From NCBI GenBank assembly GCA_963578475.1, contig CAUZCL010000008.1:56997-120996 (forward strand): a DNA stretch of 64,000 bases, written 5' to 3'. A model generated the notes under the pieces. The model searched no databases and was not told where the DNA came from. It was given only the letters and a program-made list of their open reading frames with translations. The DNA comes from Acidobacteria bacterium bin61 (GTDB lineage Bacteria; Acidobacteriota; Vicinamibacteria; Marinacidobacterales; SMYC01). The position numbers and the translations under genes were made by a program. Positions 53,195 to 61,745 of this stretch are shown in pieces; the stretch's first letter is position 1; each line of letters opens with the position of its first letter.

Positions 53195-55570
53195 CTATAC
53201 GCCTGCGGCCTCGAGCTCCGCGAGCACGCGTTCGTCTCGGAACGGAACCCGGCGAAGACGCACCCCCGTCGCGTCGTAGATGGCGTTGGCGACCGCCGCA
53301 ATCAGCGGTTTGCATACCGCTTCGCCCGCTCCGTAGGGCGGCAGATCGGGCCGGTCTGGATTAGGATCCCCGTTGACCAGGACGACATCGATAACGGCCG
53401 GCGTGTCGGCATGAGTGAGGCTTGGATGAGAACGCCAATCCACACTCGTGACCTTTTCGGTGTCGAAGCGCACCTCCTCGTGGAGCGCGCGGCTTAGCGA
53501 GTGGAGCATCCCACCCTCGATCGTGCCGAGCAGCGCTTCGGGGTTGATGACCAGGCCGCAGTCATGCGCGCAGACAAGCCGCTTGACCCAGACGTGACCG
53601 GTTTTGCGATTCACTTCGACCTCGGCAATCTCCGCAACCACTGTCTGGCTGCGGTACGAGTACGCCATACCGCGCCCCGTCAAGATGGTTTCGTCGCCGC
53701 GTGGTTTCGGCGAGACGCGGGTTTCCCAGCCATAGGCATCCGCGGCCGCGCGAATGACCGCGATCGAGCGCGCGCGTCTGAACCCGCTATCATCGTCGGT
53801 GCTGGCGGTGAGCAGCTTCAGTCGAAAGGCGACCGGATCGGCCTGCGCCGCCGCCGCAAGCTCGTCCATGAACGATTCGGAGGCGAAGGTCACCTGCGGT
53901 CCGTTCGGATCTCGAAGGTTCCCGGTTCGGAGCGGCGTTTCCCAGACCTCGGGAAGGCGCACGACCTTGCCCGTCACGCGCCGGTTCGGGATCGCGTACA
54001 GGTCCGTGGGTGTGGTCGCCCGGCCGGCGCTCGGCGTCTCTTTCCGCGCCCCCATGAGTTGTGCGACCAGAACTGTCTCGGCCTCGTTGTACCCGACGTG
54101 GTTGTAGTCGGCGCTCTGAGCCGTGTAATCGAACGCAACGACATTTCCCTCGGCGTCCAACCCACCACGTAAAGTGAACGTATAGGGCGGGCCCTTCGTG
54201 TCCCACGCAGTTTCTTCCTCCCGCATCCACTGCACGCGAACCGGCCTGCCGATCTCTTTCGCGAGAAACGCTGCCTCGAAGCCGGCATCGTCCGCGGCCG
54301 AGCGTCCGTAGGCCTGAGGGCCCTCTAACCATACCACGCGCACTTGATCGTTTGGCATCCCGAGAAACTTGGCAACCCCGCGCCGCATGCCGTAGGATTT
54401 CATGTCGTTGGAGTAAATCGTCATCTGACCGCCAGACGGGTCGGCCAGAGCATGGGCTGGACCGAAAGCCGTGTGCCCTTGGAAAGGGAAGTCGTACTCG
54501 GCTTCGACAACCGTCGCCGCGCTCTCGAGCGCCGCCTGCGGATCTCCCACCACATCCGGATCCCAGCTCGACGTGGGCGTTGCGTCGCGCATATAGGCGT
54601 ACAGCTCGTCGGATGTCGGGAACGGCGCAGCCGCCGGCTTCTCCCAATCCACTTTGAGTTTTCTGGAGGCGTCGATCGCCTGCTCTTCTCGCTCGCAGAC
54701 CACCGCCACATAGTTCCCTTTGCTGACCACTCGGATGAACCCTGGGAGATCCTTGACGGAAGACGCGTCGATGCCGATGAGCTTCGCGCCGACAACAGAC
54801 GGCCGGACGTTGCGAGCATGCACCATCCCGGGAAGCTTGACATCCACCGCCCATGTCAGCGACCCGTCCACCTTGGGTGGAATGTCGTAGCGCTCTAGAG
54901 ACTGGCCGACGTTCCGGAGCTCTTGCACCGGCTTGACCGCGGCTGTGCCGGTAGTTTCGTTGACGTTTTCCCCCGTCAGCGTGACATGGAACTGCTTCGC
55001 ATCGATCAACTCCGCGTAGGTGAGTTTCTTCGAGGGGTCCGACTTCAGCGTGATTACCGCGTCGCTGACGTTTAGCTGCGCGACCGGCACGCCGAACCGC
55101 TTGGAGGCCAGCTCCAGCAAGACGCGTCTGGCCTCGGCGGCCACCCTTCGCATCGGCCAACCATCTCTCTGTATCGCATCGGAACCGCCGGATCCGCCCT
55201 GGTCCGGAGTGACGTCGGTGCTGCCCATGATGACGTCGGTGTCCTCGTAGGCGATATCCAGCTCGTCGGACATCATCTGCCGAAACGCCGTTCCCGTCCC
55301 TTGGCCGCAATCTGTCTTACCGACGAAAAAGGTCGCGGTGTTGTTCTCATGAATCGCGATCCACGTATCGAGCTCCCTGAAGTCGGGCTCGGGATAGGGG
55401 CCGGCTGTCGGTTCACCTTGCGCCGCGACAGTAAACGAGAGGGCAGGAGAGACGGCCGCCGCGCCGAAGCTCACCACAAAGACACCTGACGTCTTGAGGA
55501 AATTCCTACGAGAGCTCCGCTGCTCCAGCACGTCCTCGATCCTCTTCGGGATAGTCGTGAAGGTTGTCAT
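53195..55570 (-). CDS. Molybdopterin-binding large subunit of a xanthine-dehydrogenase-family oxidoreductase (IorB / aldehyde-oxidoreductase type), Tat signal
   Basis: SSRRNFLKTSGVFVVSFGAAA. 791 aa, immediately downstream of and overlapping a 2Fe-2S subunit gene. Typical blocks: GQGTGTAFRQMMSDEL, CAHDCGLVINPE. Confidence 0.85.
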   Translation of the reverse strand: MTTFTTIPKRIEDVLEQRSSRRNFLKTSGVFVVSFGAAAVSPALSFTVAAQGEPTAGPYPEPDFRELDTWIAIHENNTATFFVGKTDCGQGTGTAFRQMMSDELDIAYEDTDVIMGSTDVTPDQGGSGGSDAIQRDGWPMRRVAAEARRVLLELASKRFGVPVAQLNVSDAVITLKSDPSKKLTYAELIDAKQFHVTLTGENVNETTGTAAVKPVQELRNVGQSLERYDIPPKVDGSLTWAVDVKLPGMVHARNVRPSVVGAKLIGIDASSVKDLPGFIRVVSKGNYVAVVCEREEQAIDASRKLKVDWEKPAAAPFPTSDELYAYMRDATPTSSWDPDVVGDPQAALESAATVVEAEYDFPFQGHTAFGPAHALADPSGGQMTIYSNDMKSYGMRRGVAKFLGMPNDQVRVVWLEGPQAYGRSAADDAGFEAAFLAKEIGRPVRVQWMREEETAWDTKGPPYTFTLRGGLDAEGNVVAFDYTAQSADYNHVGYNEAETVLVAQLMGARKETPSAGRATTPTDLYAIPNRRVTGKVVRLPEVWETPLRTGNLRDPNGPQVTFASESFMDELAAAAQADPVAFRLKLLTASTDDDSGFRRARSIAVIRAAADAYGWETRVSPKPRGDETILTGRGMAYSYRSQTVVAEIAEVEVNRKTGHVWVKRLVCAHDCGLVINPEALLGTIEGGMLHSLSRALHEEVRFDTEKVTSVDWRSHPSLTHADTPAVIDVVLVNGDPNPDRPDLPPYGAGEAVCKPLIAAVANAIYDATGVRLRRVPFRDERVLAELEAAGV

Positions 55571-56067
55571 GAGCCCACCACCTTCCTGCCGGACTTGGCA
55601 TCAGCGGCCGACGATCCTCCCGCGGCACGTTTGACCGCCGCCTGGATCCGGTAATAGGTCATACACCGGCACAACGCTCTAGCCATACCCTCACGGATTT
55701 CGGCGTCGGTCGGATTCGGATTTCGGTCCAGAAGCGCCTTGGCCGTCATGATCTGTCCGTTCTGGCAGAAGCCGCATTGAGGAACCTGCTCGTCGATCCA
55801 GGCTTGCTGCACCGGGTGCAGCGTGCCGTCTTTGGCAAGTCCTTCGAGCGTGGTTATCTCCCCTTTGACTCGCGACGTCGGCGTGACACACGATCGCGTC
55901 GCCACACCGTTGATGATGACCGTGCACGCCCCGCACTGGCCGAGTCCGCAACCAAACCGCGGGCCTCGCAAGCCGAGATCGTTTCGCAGGACGTAGAGCA
56001 GTCGAGTCGAAGGGTCGATATCCACGGTGTGTGTGGTGCCGTTCACATTCAAAGTCACGTTGCTCAT
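55567..56067 (-). CDS. (2Fe-2S)-binding small subunit of the xanthine-dehydrogenase-family oxidoreductase (IorA type)
   Basis: GCGLGQCGACTV and QCGFCQNGQIM cluster motifs. 4-nt overlap with the large-subunit start. Confidence 0.9.
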   Translation of the reverse strand: MSNVTLNVNGTTHTVDIDPSTRLLYVLRNDLGLRGPRFGCGLGQCGACTVIINGVATRSCVTPTSRVKGEITTLEGLAKDGTLHPVQQAWIDEQVPQCGFCQNGQIMTAKALLDRNPNPTDAEIREGMARALCRCMTYYRIQAAVKRAAGGSSAADAKSGRKVVGS

Positions 56068-56612
56068 CGTCCTTGCTCCTTAGACATCGGATGGATGGGT
56101 CGAAGTGGGTACGATCTTGCTGCCGGTCTGTCCAAGGGCTCGCAGCAGTTCATCGGATCGTATCGCCTCCAGTGAGACAGCTGGCTCGCAACGGCCGCGC
56201 CAACGCGCAACGACTGTACCGGATCGCCACCTGTTCGACAACCGAAACCGATAGGTCTGAGCCTCGGCCGCGCCTCAGCGGCACCTGGCCCACAAAATCG
56301 CGGCCAGCAACCTTCTCGATCATGGTCCCACCCGTGCGGCAAGTTCCGCGATCAATGATTCCCAAAACCGAGAAAAAAAACGCGTAGCAGCATACCGCTC
56401 TCTCGATCGTTCTCAACGCTGGAGCGAACCACGTGACAACGGGGTGGATCGCGTGAGTCATCACTGTTGCGCTCACCCCACTCCTACGGTATACGTGTCC
56501 AGCCTCGAGATCTTGAAGTACCCCATGATCTTTGTTGTCCAGCTTCTCTTGGCCCAGATGACGCCAGCCATGCGCTTCTAAGAGACGAAAGTCGTACATC
56601 GTAGACAAACAG

Positions 56613-58025
56613 ATGAGACACGCGGTTCTTCTCGCTATTTTGTCGATTTCCGCGCCACGCGACGTAGCCCTTGCTCAGTCTGCGTCCGAGCTCTCGCCCA
56701 ACGTGTTGGAGCTCGTACGGGTTCGAGCTACGGTCTTCGTTCTGGCGAACGTCCGCGTGGTGGACGGCACCGGCGCCCCTCCGCAGACAGATCAGGCGAT
56801 CGTCGTGGAACGAGGACGAATCACCGCCATCGGTGCGACCGACCAGGTTACCGTCCCGAGCGGCGCCGACGTGCTTGATCGTGCAGGGCACACCGTGATA
56901 CCCGGTCTCGTCGGCATGCATGATCACACGGACTACGCCGGAGCCCGGGCGCGACTGACATTGAGCTTCAGCGCGCCCCGGATGTATCTGGCGTCCGGGG
57001 TCACGACGATACGTACCGCTGGAAGTCTGTCCCCGTACACCGAGATCAACTTGAAGAAGGCCATCGATGTGGGCGAGATGGTGGGCCCGCGAATGCACAT
57101 CGCGGGTCCGCGGCTGAGTGAGGGGCTCCAAAACTATGCACCCTCGTCTCCCGAGGACGCGCGCCGGATGGTGCGCTACTGGGCCCAAGAGGGTGCTACG
57201 TGGATCAAGGCCCACGCTCGAATCAGCCGCGAGCACCTGAAAGCGGCGATCGACGAGGCCCATCGCCAGGGCATCAAGTTCACGGGCCATCTCTGCTCGG
57301 TGACCTATGGAGAGGCCGTCGATTTAGGCATCGATGGCTTGGAGCACGGGTTGTTCGTGGCGTCGGATTTCGCTCCCGCAAAACAGCCGGACATCTGCCC
57401 GCCCTCGCAGCGGGCCAGCATCGCGAGCGTTGATATCGAGAGCGAAGAAGTGAAATCCTTGATCCAGCGCATGGTGGACAACAACGTGGCCCTGACGTCG
57501 ACGTTGTCTGTCATCGAACAGCTCGTACCTGGGCGGCCGGTAGAGGATCGTGTCCTCGAGATCATGGCGCCCGAGGTGCGCCAGGCTTTTCTGGAGCGCC
57601 ATCGCGTGCTTCAAGAGTCGGCGGCTGAATCTTTGATGCCGAAGGTCTGGGCGCGCGGGCTTGCTTTCGAAAAAGCGTTCGCCGACGCGGGAGGCCTCTT
57701 GGCTGCAGGCGTCGATCCGACGGGAAACGGAGGCGCCATTCCTGGTTTCGGGGATCAGCGCAACTTCGAGCTTCTGATCGAGGCGGGCTTCGACCCGGTG
57801 CAGGCGATCGAGATCATGACCGCCAACGGCGCGAGGATCCTCGGGGAATACGATCGCCTGGGCTCCGTCTCCGTGGGAAAGCGTGCCGACATGGTGGTTC
57901 TTCGGGGCGACCCGGTCGCGCGTCCCGCCGACATCCGCAACGTTACCATCGTTTTCAAGGACGGGGTGGGTTACGACGCGCCGAAGATTCTGGATTCGGT
58001 GAAGGGAATCGTTGGCGTTCGCTGA
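56613..58025 (+). CDS. Metal-dependent amidohydrolase-family protein, secreted
   Basis: Signal [18 protein letters not shown]. Motifs: [18 protein letters not shown] (HxH), [31 protein letters not shown]. Confidence 0.8.
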   Translation: MRHAVLLAILSISAPRDVALAQSASELSPNVLELVRVRATVFVLANVRVVDGTGAPPQTDQAIVVERGRITAIGATDQVTVPSGADVLDRAGHTVIPGLVGMHDHTDYAGARARLTLSFSAPRMYLASGVTTIRTAGSLSPYTEINLKKAIDVGEMVGPRMHIAGPRLSEGLQNYAPSSPEDARRMVRYWAQEGATWIKAHARISREHLKAAIDEAHRQGIKFTGHLCSVTYGEAVDLGIDGLEHGLFVASDFAPAKQPDICPPSQRASIASVDIESEEVKSLIQRMVDNNVALTSTLSVIEQLVPGRPVEDRVLEIMAPEVRQAFLERHRVLQESAAESLMPKVWARGLAFEKAFADAGGLLAAGVDPTGNGGAIPGFGDQRNFELLIEAGFDPVQAIEIMTANGARILGEYDRLGSVSVGKRADMVVLRGDPVARPADIRNVTIVFKDGVGYDAPKILDSVKGIVGVR

Positions 58026-58120
58026 GGAGCATGCGGTTCCGCTATATGAGACGAAGCAATGATAATGGTACGCAAGGTACGGCTTTCCCGTCACCGCGAT
58101 CACATCGCGAGAGCGAACCA

Positions 58121-58477
58121 ATGGTCGTCGAGAGAAATGGTGTCCGCCGTCTGACCAAAACGCCTACCAGTCCACGGCGCAACGCATCGAAGCTTCTCGT
58201 ATTGATAGTCCTCGTGAACGCGGCGCTGGCTCAGGGGCAGGATTTCAAGGTCACGTTGCTTGGCACCGCCTCGCCCGCACCTCGGCCTGACCGTTTCGGA
58301 CCAAGCACGCTGGTGGAGGTAGGACCCGAGAAGTTTTTGTTCGATGTGGGGCGCGGCGTGCCGATACGCCTCTGGCAACTTCGAGTCCCGATGGGCGAGA
58401 TTACCGTTCTCCGACGAAGGGCCGGCATGGCGACCCCGAACCAGAACGCGTCGTCCACGATGTCGGCAGCGGGATAG
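58121..58477 (+). pseudogene. N-terminal fragment of an MBL-fold metallo-hydrolase (RNase Z-like)
   Basis: Signal-like [15 protein letters not shown], then [46 protein letters not shown]. Homology ends before the HxHxDH motif. Confidence 0.55.
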
Positions 58478-58540
58478 CGTGGATTCCAAACGAAACGGTT
58501 CAGTCCTCTTTTCGTCGATACGCTTTCAAGGTGAGCGAGC

Positions 58541-60325
58541 TCAGCAAGAAACGCAGCGGTTGTTGTTCACCGCGCCGAGGCTCACGAGCAGATCGCGCGC
58601 CTCCGGGAACGGCTGCACGCGCTGAACGGGTCCATTGGCCATATCGGCGGTGGAGCGCCCCTCGCGGTTGACGGCGGTGACGTCGGCGCCTTTCGAGACG
58701 AGATACTCGACCAGCTCGACGTGACCCATCGAGGCGGCGTTGTGGAGCGGCGTGCTGCCTTCCTGGTCGCGCGCGTTCACGTCCGCCCCGCACTCTTCCA
58801 CGAGATAGCGGACCGCGGGCATGAAACCGGCCGGGTGGTTGCGATGGTCGTTCGCGGCGAAGCCTTCGCCATAGCCCGCGCCCGTCGCGCCGTGTAGCGG
58901 TGACATCGCGGGCCCGCCGACAGGAACGGGCTCGAGCCCGGACACGTCCTTGATCTCCCGCGCGCGCTGGTTCGCGACTAGCGGACGAACTCCGGCATTC
59001 TTCGTCGGGATAGTCGTGTCGGCGCCGTAGGCGCGTAGGAGCTTCATTGCAGCGACGTCGCTTCCGTAGGCGGCGCGCCAAAAAGGTGTGGCGCCGATCT
59101 CGTTGATCGACGAGCGGTCGAAGTTATAGCCCATGAACCACACTTTTTTCTTCACGCGAACGTTCGGGTCCGCGCCCGCTAAAAGGAGCGCCTCCATCAG
59201 CTCGAGATGGGTGAGTTTTTGTTGTTTGTGCGCGGTCGGTTGCGGGTAGGCCGCCCGCGGCGCCCAAGCTAGATTGATCGTCGCGTAGAGCGGCGTGACG
59301 TCCGCCGGCTCGCTCGCGAGATTCGGGTCAGCGCCCTCGTCGACGAGAAGCTTGGCGAGCTCGAAGTGGCCGTTCATCGTCGCGATGAGGAGCGGGCTCG
59401 TCTCGCTGCCTTCGGCGACCCGATCGATGTCCGCGCCCGCCTCGAGAAGCGCTCGGACGGAGTCCGGGTGGCCCTGCCGCGCCGCGAAAAGAAGCGCGCT
59501 CATCCCGCCTTGCTTGCCAACGCGGTCACCGAACGGCTCCCGCCCGCGCCGAGGCGGTGCTTTCTCCTCGCCGCTACCAGGGATCATCCAGCCAAAGAGC
59601 TTCGCGAAGAAGCTCTTTTTGGGCTTTTTGTCCTCTACTTGCGCTACGTCGTCACCCGCGGCTTCGGCGCGCGCCTTGTGCAAGTCTTGGAGTCGTTTTT
59701 TGAAACCGTCTTGGATCGCTTTGTTGAGCGTCGGCACGTCGATGACGTCGGTCACGAGGCTCACGTCGGCGCCGCGCTCGATGAGAAGCTCGATCACCGG
59801 GTGTCGACCATTGGCCGCGGCGAACATGAGAGCTGTTTGGCCGCCGTTCAACTCGCGTGCGTTGACGTCGGGCTCACGATCGAGAAGGAGCCGGACGGAC
59901 GCGATGCTTCCCGAGGCGGAGGCGAACATGAGCGCGGTTGCGCCTGTCGTCGTAGCGTCGCTCGCGTCGGCCCCCGCACCGAGAAGCGTTTCGACTATCG
60001 ACGCGTTACCGTGCTTGCTCGCGAAGAGGAGCGGCGTATGAGCTCCGAGACGAGTGGTCGCGCGCGCGTTCGCACCTGCATAGAGGAGCATCTCCGCCAT
60101 TTCGACGTCGTTCGCGCGCGCGGCCCAGTGGAGCGCCGTCGTACCCCCGCCTTGAGCCGCGTTGACGTCGATGCCTTGCTGCAACAAAGCGCGTACCGTT
60201 TCACGGTTGCCTTGCTCCGCCGCGTCCGCGATGGGAAAGGGGCTCGTCTCGACGTCGACCGGCCCTGCTGCCGCCAAAGCAAAAACGCCAAGCGCGAGAA
60301 TCATCCGATATCCCATCTCTCTCAT
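58541..60325 (-). CDS. Secreted ankyrin-repeat protein (594 aa)
   Basis: Signal MILALGVFALAAAG. At least 8 ANK units, for example GGTTALHWAARANDVEMAEMLLYAGANA, GQTALMFAAANGRHPVIELLIERGADV, GSTPLHNAASMGHVELVEYLVSKGADV. The start lies 3 nt after the DUF1552 stop. Confidence 0.85.
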   Translation of the reverse strand: MREMGYRMILALGVFALAAAGPVDVETSPFPIADAAEQGNRETVRALLQQGIDVNAAQGGGTTALHWAARANDVEMAEMLLYAGANARATTRLGAHTPLLFASKHGNASIVETLLGAGADASDATTTGATALMFASASGSIASVRLLLDREPDVNARELNGGQTALMFAAANGRHPVIELLIERGADVSLVTDVIDVPTLNKAIQDGFKKRLQDLHKARAEAAGDDVAQVEDKKPKKSFFAKLFGWMIPGSGEEKAPPRRGREPFGDRVGKQGGMSALLFAARQGHPDSVRALLEAGADIDRVAEGSETSPLLIATMNGHFELAKLLVDEGADPNLASEPADVTPLYATINLAWAPRAAYPQPTAHKQQKLTHLELMEALLLAGADPNVRVKKKVWFMGYNFDRSSINEIGATPFWRAAYGSDVAAMKLLRAYGADTTIPTKNAGVRPLVANQRAREIKDVSGLEPVPVGGPAMSPLHGATGAGYGEGFAANDHRNHPAGFMPAVRYLVEECGADVNARDQEGSTPLHNAASMGHVELVEYLVSKGADVTAVNREGRSTADMANGPVQRVQPFPEARDLLVSLGAVNNNRCVSC

Positions 60326-60328
60326 GGC

Positions 60329-61735
60329 CTACCCCGTGACCTCCGTTTGGCTCACTGGAACGCTCGTCAAGTCGAGCGGCTCGGTGCTGTCTCCGAACGA
60401 CTCACGATCGTCGAAACCGAGCTTGTGCAGAATGCTCAGCATGGCGTTCGCCATCGGCGTCTCGTCGGCCGCTTTGATGTGAAGGTTCCCCGGGATCTGG
60501 CCATTCGCGTGGCCCGCGAGAAAGAAGGGGACGCGTTTGTGGTTGTGAATGTTCGGGTCTCCCATCGGAGAGCCGTAGAGGATCAGGCTCTTTTCGAGAA
60601 GGTTGCTCCCGTTCTCCTCGGCGTCTTGAAGCTTCTTCAGCAGATAGGGCACGAGGCTCACGTGGTAGCGGTTGATCTTTGAGAGCTTGATGACGTTGGG
60701 CTCCTGGTTCCTGTGATGAGAGGCATTGTGGAAGCCTTCGTAAACGCCGCTCTCGGGAAACGACCGTCCTGAGACGTCGCGGCTCATTTTCAACGAGACC
60801 ACGCGCGTCATGTCGGCCATGAAAGCGAGCGTCATCAAATCGAGCATGATCTCGACGTGCTCGCCGTAGGAGTCGGGCACGCCGATGGGCGCATCCGGAA
60901 GCTCGCGGAGCTCACCGCTCTGGTTGCGCTCTTCGACTTTCTCGATGCGCCGCTCGATCTCCCGGATGTTCTCGAGATAGGCATCGAGCCGGTTCCGATC
61001 GCTCGGTCCGAGCGTTCTTTTGAGCCGCGCGACTTCGCTCGGGATCCAGTCGAGGATGCTGCGATGGGCCTGGCGCCGTTCGGCACGCTTTTCCGGACTT
61101 CCGCCGGAGCCGAAGAGCTGGTCGAAGGCAAGGCGCGGATCGCGGATCATGGGGAGCGGCTCTGTCGCCGACGCCCAGCTGATCGTGTCCATGTAGACGC
61201 AGGCATAGCCGTAGAGGCAGCCGCCCGACTGGTCCACGTTCTCGATACAAAGCTGCATCGAGGGGATGGGATTATCTTGGCCGAACCGCTGGGCGTAGAG
61301 CTGATCGAGCGACGTTCCCGCGGTAATGTCCGAGCCTTCGGTTTGCTTCGGATGTGACTGCGTGAGGTAGACGGAGCTCGAGCGGAAATGGTCACCGCCC
61401 GTTTCCGGCGGTGTGAACGCTTCGGCGTTGCGGCAGTCGGTGTTGCTCACGATCGTGACGTAGTCGCGAAAGGGCTCGAGCGGGCTCAAGCTGCTCGGGG
61501 TCAGGTCGAAATCGTGGCCCACGGCCGCGGGTGCCCAAAGGTTTTTCTCAGCGCCGATCTTGTTGCTGCCGGCGGCGCCATGCACCATCTCCATGCACAC
61601 CAAACGCGTCGGGTCCGTGGTCGCCCCCCAGGCTTTGCGGGCGGGGATCATCGCCTCTAACATCGGAAGCGCCATCGTCGCGCCCATACCGCGCAGCACG
61701 CTACGGCGGGATATGTATTTGTTCGTTACGTACAC
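60329..61735 (-). CDS. DUF1552 (HXXSHH) family protein with Tat signal
   Basis: GAGGAGAG sits before GTG 61733-61735, giving VYVTNKYISRRSVLRGMGATMALPMLE. FHNASHH motif. Confidence 0.8.
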   Translation of the reverse strand: MYVTNKYISRRSVLRGMGATMALPMLEAMIPARKAWGATTDPTRLVCMEMVHGAAGSNKIGAEKNLWAPAAVGHDFDLTPSSLSPLEPFRDYVTIVSNTDCRNAEAFTPPETGGDHFRSSSVYLTQSHPKQTEGSDITAGTSLDQLYAQRFGQDNPIPSMQLCIENVDQSGGCLYGYACVYMDTISWASATEPLPMIRDPRLAFDQLFGSGGSPEKRAERRQAHRSILDWIPSEVARLKRTLGPSDRNRLDAYLENIREIERRIEKVEERNQSGELRELPDAPIGVPDSYGEHVEIMLDLMTLAFMADMTRVVSLKMSRDVSGRSFPESGVYEGFHNASHHRNQEPNVIKLSKINRYHVSLVPYLLKKLQDAEENGSNLLEKSLILYGSPMGDPNIHNHKRVPFFLAGHANGQIPGNLHIKAADETPMANAMLSILHKLGFDDRESFGDSTEPLDLTSVPVSQTEVTG

Positions 61736-61745
61736 TTGACTCTCC

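Noticed and set aside
53790-55310. 506-aa minus-strand ORF overlapping the molybdopterin subunit gene in another frame
   Set aside because: Its composition (runs of R, G, A, P) is typical of off-frame translation in high-GC DNA. The 791-aa frame carries the Tat signal and family motifs.
56150-56608. 152-aa minus-strand ORF in the 545-bp gap between the 2Fe-2S subunit gene and the amidohydrolase gene
   Set aside because: I found no recognisable family, RBS or convincing composition. It may be non-coding DNA or another decayed gene, and I cannot support a call.
59366-60682. 438-aa plus-strand ORF across the ankyrin and DUF1552 genes
   Set aside because: It is an antisense shadow ORF spanning two well-supported minus-strand genes, with no motifs.
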